Position numbers and translations under genes: made by a program. The notes beneath the pieces were generated by a model, which saw nothing but the letters and a program-made list of their open reading frames with translations, was not told where the DNA came from and made no database searches. From an uncultured virus (IMG/VR IMGVR_UViG_3300009705_003699) (lineage: Duplodnaviria; Heunggongvirae; Uroviricota; Caudoviricetes), in IMG/VR virus record IMGVR_UViG_3300009705_003699: a stretch of DNA of 64,000 nt, one strand, 5' to 3'. Of this stretch, positions 41,201 through 49,815 are shown piece after piece. The stretch's first letter is position 1, and each line of letters starts with the position of its first letter.

Positions 41201-44200
41201 TGTGTCGTCTACCGCGATGAACTCAAATTCTCTAGCTCTTATGATATAATCATCAGAGTCGCTGTTATCTGCGGCTTGCGACATTCCTTTGATACGTACA
41301 TTTGTGTCCATAATAAAACTCAAGAGCCAATTGATCATATTCTCGAGCGCCCAACCAACAAGGGGGATTCCTTCAATCCAGTCAGGAAGGTCAAACAGGG
41401 CTTGTTCAAATTCATCACCTACTTGTTCTGATAGTGGGTTTGTAATTGTCGCATTTTGGTTTGCCTTTTCTATCATTTGAACTCTTATGTTGTCATCAAA
41501 CCGATTCTTATATGCTTTTAAATCTTCATCGTATTCGTAATCACAATAATAGGCACACAGATCAAATCCATAACTCCATGTAGAGCCGGCGCCGCCCCAG
41601 ATACTAGCATCATCGTCACTGGAGTTCCATCCAAAGTTTCCGCCGGCGGCGTAGGTCTCACCGGTCGGGGCGCCTTCATTAATTATTGGAGATTTTCCGC
41701 CTTTGTACATTCCGCGCGCATTGTCTTTGAAGTCAAAGGCGATATCGGCGCCTTCTGATTGGTGTCCGCCTTTTCCGTGGGTGCCGTCGCGGCGGCCCTT
41801 TCTTGCTTCCCGTCTAATAATAACAGCGCCCTTGCCGAGTTGAGATACATCATGGTCGTCATAATCGAAGTCGGCGCGGAGAGTGACATTATATCCAAAA
41901 TCAGGAACCGAGATTAGTTCAACGTTCTGTCCAATTACTCCATTAAAGCCTAATTGATCAAAAGAAATTGCAAATTCTATGGCGCCTTGTAACTCATTAT
42001 GTGAGTTGAATCTCATACTGTTTCTCAAATTATTTCCAGCAGATTTTAATAAATTTCCGTCTTCTAAACCGGCGCCGTTGATCTGATACGTGTCGCGGTC
42101 GGTGTTGCTCGCATTACCATCGGCATCCTCCGGGCTGATTCCGGCATTTAAAAACTGTCTCATTAACCATTCTCCAACCCAATATGGAAATTGACCTTTT
42201 TGTCCAGAAAAGCCCGGTTTTGTTGTAAGAAAAGACCAAAATCCAGTTGAGGGTTCTCCACCGCCGGCGAGATTTGATGCAAAGTTGACATAATCATCCC
42301 TGTTTCCAGCTTTTCTATGGTGCGCTGTAAGCGGGTTGGCATAAGTATCTGACATTACCATATTAATGAATCCCCATGATGAGTCACCAGTCAAGAAGCC
42401 GCCGTTACCCATCATATCTTTTCCATAGTCTATCTTTAGTTGATCCAGGGCGCCACCGAGTACTTGATTCGCTACCGCAATCTGCATCGTCGATTCATAC
42501 GGAATTAATCCGTCGTCACAACCTGGGGTTGAAACAGTCGGAGGGGTAGCTTTATCGATTGCCGCGGCTATTCCTTCATTAGTTAATTCCCCTAGGTCCG
42601 ATAGATCTTGCAGCATATCTTCTCTTAAATCACAGAACATTTTATGGCATTGTCCTTCGCTAGCGCGGCCGCCCAACAGCTCACAGCGCAGAGCTGCGAA
42701 GTCTGCTATCATTTCGTCAGTGGCACACATACTTGGGTTTGCCGGCGTCATATCATCGATCGGCATTTCTGTTACTATTTCTCTCAGCGTCTCTCTATAT
42801 TCCAGTGGGAAGAGGTTTCCTATATTGCCCATAAATCTTTTAACAGAATTCTTATTTGGGAGGGCGTTTCTTAACCAAGGGTGTTCAAATTCGAGTATTT
42901 GATCCGTGATTCCTAGTGATTCAGCGCTAGCATCTCCTAGAAACATTTCTGCCATCTCTTTTTTGGTCAAAGATGCAGATAAATCAGCGCCGAATTGTAG
43001 TGCGGCATCCGGATTCGCCATGGCGGCGCCTCCGGCGCCAAGCTGGTCTATGAGATCTATTACCGTATTTTGGACCTGCTCGTCGTCGGCATCTGGTCCG
43101 CAAATTGCATCTTTGATAGCATCTTCGAACGTTCCTTCACCGGTGATCGCCGATTTTAATATATTGCCGCCGGATTCAATTGCCTTACATATAGCTCGTC
43201 CTATGATTTCGCATATTTTGACCATTATGTTGATCAAGACAATCATAATAACTTGTTTTAAAAACCACTTAAATGCATCCCACAGTTCCTTTGTGATATC
43301 AGCAAAGTCCGTAAAATACTGGAAAGGATTTTCCATATGAATCTTCTTAATCTCTTTCATATTTCGGCAGATTGGAAAGCCGAGAGATTTAATGAAGTCC
43401 ATGATTCCAGGATTGAAGAGCGGAGGTCTGGGGCAGTCCAATAGAGCAATAATTGAAGAAACAATTTCGGCGCCCGGGAACTTATTGAGTTCATCCAAAA
43501 GTATAAAAAGATTATCACTATATACTTCAACAAGAGCCATCATATATATTTGCATGATTCCCTCTTGGGGGGGTGAATCGTTGCCGGTGTTACCAGCACC
43601 ATTATCTAATTCCGGTACCAGGGTACGCTCGAACTTCTGTTTGGGTCCTTCGGCGGAGGATGTGTCGGTCTTGACGCCATTGATACCGGGTTGAGCCGAT
43701 GCGCGTTCTTCTCTAATTATTTCTATATTGTTCCAAGGCATCATGTCAACAAAGGCTCGAGGTGCGGCGGCGAGCTTGGCTTTGACTTCTTCGCCTGTGG
43801 CGCTGTACTCGCTAGCGAGCGCTGTTTTAGCAAACCATGTGACGGCTGCAGCTGCAGCTCTGGTTGCTTCGCCGGTTCGACCGGACCCACCGCCGGTGCC
43901 AATAAATGCTTGGTCTCCAGGCTGGGCGTTACGCAGGAAGTCTCCGCTAGATAACATTTCTTGAACTTTCAAATTTACTTCTTCTTGCTTGTCTGCGGGG
44001 AGTGACGCCAACAATTGTCCAAACATCTCTGTGTTCATCGACTGCAGGGCACTTGTAATCATACTATTAAGGGCGTCGTCCCAAGATAACCCTCCAAGCA
44101 AACACTTAATTGCATTCTGTAGTAGATCTAATAGACCGCACCATTTAAGGCGCTGGAATCCGAACTCAAATAACTTAGACATAGCACTCATCGCTGGTCC

Positions 44201-45712
44201 AAACTTAGTTGTCGACATCAAAACCATAGCGCACATTTGTACAAATATCTGATCATCTTTCGCTAGTCGCTTGAATGCTTGCATTTGCGCCATACCATAA
44301 GCTTCTGACATGTTAGATTCCATAAATTCTTCATATGAGACTCCCATCAAGGCGTCATCAGCTCTCGATTCCTCCTCATCATTTCTACATATAGCCTTTC
44401 TCCATCTCCAAGCAACAGCATCTCCAAGATTCATGACATCATTTAAGATGTCTTGTCCGAGATCTTTCATTTCTTCATTTAAAGCTGCGTCGATGCACGT
44501 GCTGAGTTCGGCCGGACCGGTGATCTCAAACTTGTTGTCCACATAAACTTTTGGATAAGTGTATTTTACTATGGTTTCTTTCCATGGAATCTCAACTCTT
44601 GCTTGAATATCTTGATCCATCTCTCTCAATTTAGTGAAATAGGCTACCGCGGTTGGGTCTTTCCAGGCTTCTGATGTCCGCCCAAGAGCTGTGCAGCTTT
44701 TCTTATTAAAGTGACGAGGCTTCTGACCGCAAGCCACAGTCCAAATTGTTATAGTCTGCAGTTTATAGTTTAATAGTTTGATCTTTATTCTGGTTATTCT
44801 GTCTTTAAACCAATCGTCGAAGAAGGCGCTGGCGCCGCCGGCGGCAACGCCGACCATTTGAAACCCCTTCGTGTTTAAGAACACTTCCAGGTCTGTTCCA
44901 ATATCTGACAAAAGACTAGAAGTGAAGATTCCATAATCTCCGTAATCTTCCAAATTAAACACGGCGCCGGTTTTAACGAACTTTAAAGTTCCATCGCCGA
45001 GTTGTTGTCCAACAATATGAAATCTACTATAAAGATCGAGTGCTTTTCTTACATGTATTAACATAGAGCCGATTTGATCAGCTTCATAATCAATATACAT
45101 GGTACCTGGCGGATCTTCCTCCTCTTCCTCTTCGTCGGGTGGTGCCGGTGGTAGATTATCGATTACATCGAAAGGGACAGAGTAGAGAAGCTGCAGCCTT
45201 GACATATTTTTCGGAGCTAAATAATACTTTTTGTAAACAATAGATTCTTTTACTTTTGCAACTGTTTCTTCTGTATTCTCTTTTTGTTCGAAGGTCAAAA
45301 GACTATCAATCACCTGATCTACGAATTCCTCAAATTTAGTTTTCATTGCTGCGTTTATTTCCGCTTCAACATTTCTTTCCAAGACGGCTTCGGGCGCGGT
45401 GGTAAAGTAGGTGGTAACCTTCGCTACTTGGTAGTGGCACACTTTTGGATTTACAAACGGTTCTAAATAATCTTTTGTTTTCCAATCAGGGAAGATTGCG
45501 CTTGGGTTAGGAACACACGGGCCCTTACAGGGGGCGGTGATTGGTTGTATCAGATCATCACAGATATCAATAAGACCATCTTTATCAAAATCTTGGAATT
45601 GTAAAATAGAACGAGTGCCTTTGAAAACTGGCTGGTTTCTTTCTACTAAATTTATTTCTTCATTGCGAATCTCCTTCATCTCTTGAGGTGATAAGTCTTT
45701 TTTTTCTGCCAT
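38201..45712 (-). CDS. Very large acidic, largely helical virion protein (2503 aa); candidate tape-measure or baseplate-hub protein
   Basis: Uninterrupted ORF between the spike-like genes and gp25; hydrophobic/amphipathic helices (WFLKQVIMIVLINIMVKICEIIG; IPLVGWALENMINWLLSFIM); many Cys; DFDKDGLID near the N-terminus. Function inferred from context only. Confidence 0.5.
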   Translation of the reverse strand: MAEKKDLSPQEMKEIRNEEINLVERNQPVFKGTRSILQFQDFDKDGLIDICDDLIQPITAPCKGPCVPNPSAIFPDWKTKDYLEPFVNPKVCHYQVAKVTTYFTTAPEAVLERNVEAEINAAMKTKFEEFVDQVIDSLLTFEQKENTEETVAKVKESIVYKKYYLAPKNMSRLQLLYSVPFDVIDNLPPAPPDEEEEEEDPPGTMYIDYEADQIGSMLIHVRKALDLYSRFHIVGQQLGDGTLKFVKTGAVFNLEDYGDYGIFTSSLLSDIGTDLEVFLNTKGFQMVGVAAGGASAFFDDWFKDRITRIKIKLLNYKLQTITIWTVACGQKPRHFNKKSCTALGRTSEAWKDPTAVAYFTKLREMDQDIQARVEIPWKETIVKYTYPKVYVDNKFEITGPAELSTCIDAALNEEMKDLGQDILNDVMNLGDAVAWRWRKAICRNDEEESRADDALMGVSYEEFMESNMSEAYGMAQMQAFKRLAKDDQIFVQMCAMVLMSTTKFGPAMSAMSKLFEFGFQRLKWCGLLDLLQNAIKCLLGGLSWDDALNSMITSALQSMNTEMFGQLLASLPADKQEEVNLKVQEMLSSGDFLRNAQPGDQAFIGTGGGSGRTGEATRAAAAAVTWFAKTALASEYSATGEEVKAKLAAAPRAFVDMMPWNNIEIIREERASAQPGINGVKTDTSSAEGPKQKFERTLVPELDNGAGNTGNDSPPQEGIMQIYMMALVEVYSDNLFILLDELNKFPGAEIVSSIIALLDCPRPPLFNPGIMDFIKSLGFPICRNMKEIKKIHMENPFQYFTDFADITKELWDAFKWFLKQVIMIVLINIMVKICEIIGRAICKAIESGGNILKSAITGEGTFEDAIKDAICGPDADDEQVQNTVIDLIDQLGAGGAAMANPDAALQFGADLSASLTKKEMAEMFLGDASAESLGITDQILEFEHPWLRNALPNKNSVKRFMGNIGNLFPLEYRETLREIVTEMPIDDMTPANPSMCATDEMIADFAALRCELLGGRASEGQCHKMFCDLREDMLQDLSDLGELTNEGIAAAIDKATPPTVSTPGCDDGLIPYESTMQIAVANQVLGGALDQLKIDYGKDMMGNGGFLTGDSSWGFINMVMSDTYANPLTAHHRKAGNRDDYVNFASNLAGGGEPSTGFWSFLTTKPGFSGQKGQFPYWVGEWLMRQFLNAGISPEDADGNASNTDRDTYQINGAGLEDGNLLKSAGNNLRNSMRFNSHNELQGAIEFAISFDQLGFNGVIGQNVELISVPDFGYNVTLRADFDYDDHDVSQLGKGAVIIRREARKGRRDGTHGKGGHQSEGADIAFDFKDNARGMYKGGKSPIINEGAPTGETYAAGGNFGWNSSDDDASIWGGAGSTWSYGFDLCAYYCDYEYDEDLKAYKNRFDDNIRVQMIEKANQNATITNPLSEQVGDEFEQALFDLPDWIEGIPLVGWALENMINWLLSFIMDTNVRIKGMSQAADNSDSDDYIIRAREFEFIAVDDTLDVFNMPLSQYPNIVDLEGPGGIKLSKYPKFAAAMNTPGTYTPPVYLLADMTNRVVDVDLKNEYDEMTTRIYQDFAREIGENKMGWKYGATYDFLTTSDLIYGMDDDGEFVPYGAYEMRPGAWGEETRPILDSDGILGISYDQFLHGEDARVIYLNPAQFGGSYTNPPLYVKPIKYEGWYGFINVFFPEATACKPHSTDLIDFDEVKQFIEKIYPNMAEDPRLTQDLECIREVPFSRIMDRGGKTGMYALILAAIRIYASVHFFKAMGTFSKIMPKFPDNFSTIYSAYIVERMEEDFKDTQGAFWEMFNTFKDDEFWYGFLEQSVECYNFLVEQGEIEKPIAMGFLQNSFDTLNDLQTDYAFPYLLKDQRKYKNSEGNHVKQTVPGLMDAKITGDAGFFQTLEGFRESKNMEAIQSVDEEAKIILQQLVNRELTIMGEKLTKNMRSTGFNPTIFDLDFWIFQHKCQTSLQFLGPDTIEMPSEGSGIVTEPEDDLYTVGGEFRVISDEDPDNGFSYADEYVGYYHVELDEEGDPVYKAGATSSGSSQDILTLVDSLMTVKTLEITWSSANALTQALGSSSDYGPKYTDADPATAAAYPTSIRNPIDLGDVPDLGAITGGSFDNPFGIEKYISITDNVAGATAVKYTQSDAKTKIQSNNSSKLLSEVYPGSVKIVENEDGVMVGYSGHMGVRYGLNFYYTAHGGKSLIASVEVDALDLKIGQFRIMQPSSKLLHCLLVNLKNDPKYKLMTQYIFSYRKSTAMLAMYNDMAILSSIGEMSPGEGNDMCGPPGPNLGNTVGYLWPKFGYADPDVRDHWVGNSYYGSGASTEEKGRHPAVRAKPGSICYIDREIEYKYYEAPPGVGLLSWLFPSDDDIKVRMVKVDLRQSGVTGNEGWSHSGDREAGFFQPATWGVQEWDTWDRILLRNSRSRIKQLFRTYYNSRDYRPGDSLLGGKSPVSIFIKNLKDALMPSPGKGLLPWYKKGKTRSNPYNANGELCDKNN

Positions 45713-45728
45713 TTTGTTTCCTATTGTT

Positions 45729-46739
45729 TTATGTTAGCCAAATATTAGGGCTAGCAATGTATCTCGGTGCGTGTGGTTCTAAATAATTTTGTTCCCACAT
45801 CGCGCCTTTAGTTCTTGCTGACCAGAGATTCTGCAATACAAAAGTCATCTGACCTAGACCAGCTACAGGTGCCGCGGCTGCCACCCAGGGTCTAAGTGGA
45901 TCTATACCGACCGTGGAGTTAAAGCCAGTTTGTATGAGCCCCATATTATATACACCGGACCAGACGGCTGCTACAACATTATAAAGCTCTTGTAAAGCTA
46001 TCAAGAGATTGTGCCCTTTGACTGCCGGCTGTAAGTATGCTATTTCATCAAACGGATTCTTTATGCCGCCGTACACTAATTCTGAATCACTATAATTGCC
46101 GGCGATCAATTGAATCGTGGGACCGGTTTGGCTTTTTCCGCCAAGGGAGTTGGGCTCACCGCGGGATCCATGTCCTTCGAAACCATCTCCGCGACCGGTG
46201 CAAATCTTGAGGCTATTTGTGGCAATCATTCTTACATCGTCAGCTTTTATAGCTACTGCCGAACCTATATATTTTGGCATGCCGGGGGCTGCGCCTGGAA
46301 CACCATTTGCAATACCGAAGTTTTTATCTACCTCGGTCAATTGACTTATATAAATTCTTGCAGCATCTGCGGAAAACATATTGTTGATAACAGAGCCGGC
46401 TTTTGGTCCTTCACCGCCATTTGCTGAAGAGCCGCGGCCTACAACTAGATCTATTGTTGATGTTCCGCCATACCCCTGACCTCCAAGTCCACTCGCTAAG
46501 CCTCCCGGTCTATCTGTTCCCATAGTGATATATGAGCCAAGATGTTGTATGACTGATTCGTTGGGTGCAATCTTAAAGGTAAGTTCCTTCATCGGGACGT
46601 AGGTGTGGTATACGCCGCTGTTGCTGGGAATCATTTTTACCAGCCCTTGACCCTTTTTCATCTTCTGTTCTAGCGTGGAGCTGTTTTCTGGGTCGGGGTT
46701 CGTGTACGCTGCTTTATCATCTCCGAAGATCGAAGCCAT
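45729..46739 (-). CDS. Putative baseplate spike / gp5 C-terminal-like protein (336 aa)
   Basis: Gly-rich short beta-strand patterns (ARIYISQ, AVAIKADDVRMIA, IQLIAGN, QPAVKG); AGGAGG SD; follows the peptidase-domain gene. Inferred from context. Confidence 0.45.
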   Translation of the reverse strand: MASIFGDDKAAYTNPDPENSSTLEQKMKKGQGLVKMIPSNSGVYHTYVPMKELTFKIAPNESVIQHLGSYITMGTDRPGGLASGLGGQGYGGTSTIDLVVGRGSSANGGEGPKAGSVINNMFSADAARIYISQLTEVDKNFGIANGVPGAAPGMPKYIGSAVAIKADDVRMIATNSLKICTGRGDGFEGHGSRGEPNSLGGKSQTGPTIQLIAGNYSDSELVYGGIKNPFDEIAYLQPAVKGHNLLIALQELYNVVAAVWSGVYNMGLIQTGFNSTVGIDPLRPWVAAAAPVAGLGQMTFVLQNLWSARTKGAMWEQNYLEPHAPRYIASPNIWLT

Positions 46740-46758
46740 ATTATTTCCTCCTTATTGT

Positions 46759-46767
46759 ATAAATATC
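46759..46767 (-). promoter_or_regulatory. Candidate late-promoter motif GATATTTAT
   Basis: Lies 19 nt upstream of the ATG at 46739, followed by AGGAGG. Confidence 0.45.
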
Positions 46768-46819
46768 AAAAAATAGCGTTTTTGTTAATTTTAAACACAA
46801 ATAACTATATTTTTTTAGG

Positions 46820-48055
46820 TCATGTCGCGGTTTTGGGTAGATTGAATTCAATGTGTAAATGCTCATCGGACGCGGTCATGCCGGCGGATCGGCGTATTGA
46901 CGTCGTGGTGGGGTAATCCCAATAGCCCCCAATGGGTTCGCCCAAGAACTTTCGGGTTCCATAGGTCCCAGCACCACCGGTACCTAGGCTCAAAGCTGCC
47001 TTCGCGATAAACTGAACTTGTTCGTCTGTATACATGGTGGTACCCAAATCGATTGCCATGCTTAATTGGTGAAGACTCATGAAGACTGGTGGTGTCTTTT
47101 TGACTTGCTCATCGAAAATCGTAGCCCATGGACCCAGATTGGGCTTTGGTGCGGTCAACCCGACGCGCGCTTCCGATTCCTTCAATTTTTTTAGAATATA
47201 TCTGGCATTTTTACTTTTGTACAGGTCATAGACATGCGGCCAGCCGTACTTATTGACTTTATCATAAATAATCTTGGCAAATGCCCAGCCATCGCGCTCG
47301 TTGTCGTTTACTGTTATTTTTCTTACATATCCGCCGGCGGGCATGGGGATGGAGATATCCTTTTCCATAAGCAACATCGCTGTTACAAGAGCAACCATAT
47401 ACCCATGTCCGTTTGGTCCAACAGTGGTCTTTTGCGTGCTATTTCTGGTCACAGCGATTGTGCCGGCGCCGATATCGGAAGTGTCTACGTGTTTTATCTT
47501 TTGTGGTATACGTTTATAATCAAAACTTGACGCCAGAGTATCACACCCAGATTCTCTTAGTAGATCTGCTGCGTCGGCATTAAATGCCAATATTTTATTA
47601 CAAACTCCGACCTGAAGATCATATGAAAAAACATTCTTTCTCATAATGACCTCTACGATATCTCCGGCGGCTACTTTGTTTCCTTTATCGCCGGCGGAAA
47701 TTTGTATGAAATCGGTATGTCTCTGTATCGCAGACATAGTTTTATTTTTATTGCCAGTTTTTGCCAATGCGCAGGGATCCGGCAAAAATAGATGCGGAGA
47801 GTCTTCGTCTATAATTCTAGCTTTAAATTTGTGCCTCATTCCTACTCCAAGATTGAGCCCGGAGAATGCGGCGCCGTAGCCAGTAGCCTCTACTTTGGTT
47901 AAGGGGACAGCGGTAGTAAGAGCTAGCGCAGTGAAAATTTGTCGGTCGCCGTAAGCATCAAATTCTATACCTTCTCTGATCGATTCTTTAACAAGATCGA
48001 TAGCTTGAGATGGTAGTGCAAAATCTTCTTTTGCTATGAATTTCTTCTTACTCAT
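46820..48055 (-). CDS. Putative baseplate hub / tail-associated peptidoglycan peptidase (C-terminal M15/LAS-type Zn motifs, 411 aa)
   Basis: SLHQLSMAIDL (SxH-x6-D) and EHLHIEF (HxH) match LAS/peptidase M15 Zn ligands; N-terminal AGDIVEV is OB-fold-like. Confidence 0.55.
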   Translation of the reverse strand: MSKKKFIAKEDFALPSQAIDLVKESIREGIEFDAYGDRQIFTALALTTAVPLTKVEATGYGAAFSGLNLGVGMRHKFKARIIDEDSPHLFLPDPCALAKTGNKNKTMSAIQRHTDFIQISAGDKGNKVAAGDIVEVIMRKNVFSYDLQVGVCNKILAFNADAADLLRESGCDTLASSFDYKRIPQKIKHVDTSDIGAGTIAVTRNSTQKTTVGPNGHGYMVALVTAMLLMEKDISIPMPAGGYVRKITVNDNERDGWAFAKIIYDKVNKYGWPHVYDLYKSKNARYILKKLKESEARVGLTAPKPNLGPWATIFDEQVKKTPPVFMSLHQLSMAIDLGTTMYTDEQVQFIAKAALSLGTGGAGTYGTRKFLGEPIGGYWDYPTTTSIRRSAGMTASDEHLHIEFNLPKTAT

Positions 48056-48347
48056 TGCTCGGGCTTTCCTGAATCAGATCAAAAAGATTGGACTTATCAT
48101 TTTCCGATAACTCGAAGACTGCTTCGGTCTTCTTCTGCTTTATGTTAATTAATTTTACTAACTGTTCGTTTGAGCGCTGCATTGTTTCAATATGTTTGGC
48201 CGCCACTGGACTGAGCGCTCTATTTTGTTCTGAATCTTGCGCTATTTGATTTGCTATTTCGTTCAAAAACTCTCGTGCAGTTTTTCTATCTTTTCTAATG
48301 TTTTCTAGAGCTTCAGCTACCAGAGAGTCTAAATCGTTATTTATCAT
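48048..48347 (-). CDS. Small helical hypothetical protein (about 99 aa)
   Basis: Likely start at 48347 (ATGA overlap with the sigma-like gene stop); helical (HIETMQRSNEQLVKL). Confidence 0.6.
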   Translation of the reverse strand: MINNDLDSLVAEALENIRKDRKTAREFLNEIANQIAQDSEQNRALSPVAAKHIETMQRSNEQLVKLINIKQKKTEAVFELSENDKSNLFDLIQESPSNE

Positions 48348-49060
48348 AATTGTCCGTCGTCCCAATTTTCCTTGAAAGAAGAATATTTTCTTCTAAATTT
48401 CTTAAGCGAGTTTACTATCTGCTTGGTATTCAAACCAGTGATCTCGCGTAGGTATAAGTAAATAGCTTTTTTGTTAAAAATTTCGATGTCTTCTTTCGAT
48501 TCAAACAAGATATTTATTGCTTTGTAGACCCTCAAGTCGTTCTCTTTCATTTGGCTTGAGTCCCAAGATTTTAATTCCTTGTAAAAGGAATTCCAAAATT
48601 CTAACTCTTCTCTTTCGGATAAGTAAGACTCATCCGTTGAAAGGTATTGCTCTTCATATTTCTTGGCAATGTTATCATAGTCGACCTCTCTTCTGTTTCT
48701 TTTCTGTTGCTGCTTTACTTTGTGGATAAACCAGTTTTTAGTAATAACGGAAAAATATGAAAAGGCTTTAGAACCTTTTGATTGATCATATTTATCAAGG
48801 ATGGTCATCAACCAAATTTTACATTCATCTCTTAGATAACCAATATTTGGCAAGTTTGTAAATTTATAAGTAAAGACAATCTTATCCACCATCTCATTAA
48901 ATGCTGGTCCAATCAAATTTACGTATAGCTCTGTTCTTTCGCGCTTACACGTAATCTTTGCATATCTTACGATCGCATCTTCATGCACTTGTGTAAAATA
49001 GTGATTTTTGCGTCTTTTAGACTTCTTCTTCTTCGGGGTCGTGGGGGTTTGATTTATCAT
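48344..49060 (-). CDS. Phage sigma factor, T4 gp55-like (late transcription)
   Basis: KNHYFTQ... start; region-2-like LDKYDQSKGSKAFSYFSVITKNWFIHKVKQQQK; C-terminal HTH-like LREITGLNTKQIVNSLKKFR. Confidence 0.7.
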   Translation of the reverse strand: MINQTPTTPKKKKSKRRKNHYFTQVHEDAIVRYAKITCKRERTELYVNLIGPAFNEMVDKIVFTYKFTNLPNIGYLRDECKIWLMTILDKYDQSKGSKAFSYFSVITKNWFIHKVKQQQKRNRREVDYDNIAKKYEEQYLSTDESYLSEREELEFWNSFYKELKSWDSSQMKENDLRVYKAINILFESKEDIEIFNKKAIYLYLREITGLNTKQIVNSLKKFRRKYSSFKENWDDGQL

Positions 49061-49349
49061 CTTCTTCTTCGGTTAGTGAGTACACATATTCAAAAGTTTC
49101 TAATTGCTCATTGAAAGAGATCGCATGGTTCAGTAATCCAAGCAGGGTTTGATCTCCATAAAATGTTTCAAGTTCATAAACTTCCTTTAGGTGTAGTGCA
49201 AATGCATTTACCATTTGCTGCAAGTCTCCTAATTCTTCTGAGACTGTTAGGAGCCTTGCGATCGCGGCTCGAGCATATACAAAAACTACGCCATTAAATA
49301 CTATGGATAATGCACACACGCATGTTAGTATAATTTCGAGCTTACTCAT
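49017..49349 (-). CDS. Small membrane-anchored hypothetical protein (110 aa)
   Basis: N-terminal hydrophobic helix IILTCVCALSIVFNGVVFVY, coiled coil, acidic tail. Confidence 0.6.
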   Translation of the reverse strand: MSKLEIILTCVCALSIVFNGVVFVYARAAIARLLTVSEELGDLQQMVNAFALHLKEVYELETFYGDQTLLGLLNHAISFNEQLETFEYVYSLTEEEDDKSNPHDPEEEEV

Positions 49350-49596
49350 GAGTATCCTTTTTGGCTTCTTTTCTTAATCCATCGAGTACTTCTTTATTTT
49401 CATCAATATATTTCTTTACCAAGTCTCCGGTTTGATCTGGCATGTCTTTTTTCGACATCGCCTTAAGCGGCTTCGTAAGAAGTTTTTTAATTTCGTTCTT
49501 TCCGCAAATCATACACTCATTTTGTGGTTCCTCCCACAAGTGAGTTGCCGTAAAATCTATATCGCATGTGTTGCAATGATATTTATAACGGGGCAT
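49342..49596 (-). CDS. FmdB-family Zn-ribbon protein
   Basis: MPRYKYHCNTC...CMICG...KKLL pattern. Confidence 0.8.
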   Translation of the reverse strand: MPRYKYHCNTCDIDFTATHLWEEPQNECMICGKNEIKKLLTKPLKAMSKKDMPDQTGDLVKKYIDENKEVLDGLRKEAKKDTHE

Positions 49597-49814
49597 TATT
49601 TTACCATACTTAGTAAATCTTTTTCTGTAATTTCGTCTTTACTTGACACTCTAACAGTGGGTGGATTTAATACCACTAGTCCATCTTCACTTGGTGCTAA
49701 TTCAAAACCCTTTAGAATGGGAACAATATCCATCTCATTCAATAAAGATTCTTGCAAAGCCATCATAACAGACCCTAAAGCCTGATTTGATAATTTAAAG
49801 TTTTGTTCAGTCAT
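49596..49814 (-). CDS. Hypothetical protein (72 aa)
   Basis: Coupled ORF (TAATG overlap) preceded by a GGAG SD. Confidence 0.6.
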   Translation of the reverse strand: MTEQNFKLSNQALGSVMMALQESLLNEMDIVPILKGFELAPSEDGLVVLNPPTVRVSSKDEITEKDLLSMVK

Positions 49815-49815
49815 T

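Noticed and set aside
35987..48055. Bacterial contractile injection system (eCIS/T6SS/tailocin)
   Set aside because: The genes are embedded with primase, resolvase, recombination nuclease and a phage sigma factor; no T6SS membrane complex or Afp15-like ATPase is seen.
3121..49265. Cyanobacterial HIP1 (GCGATCGC) at about 3121, 38504 and 49258
   Set aside because: Only about three copies were noticed in 64 kb, too few for HIP1-type iteration.
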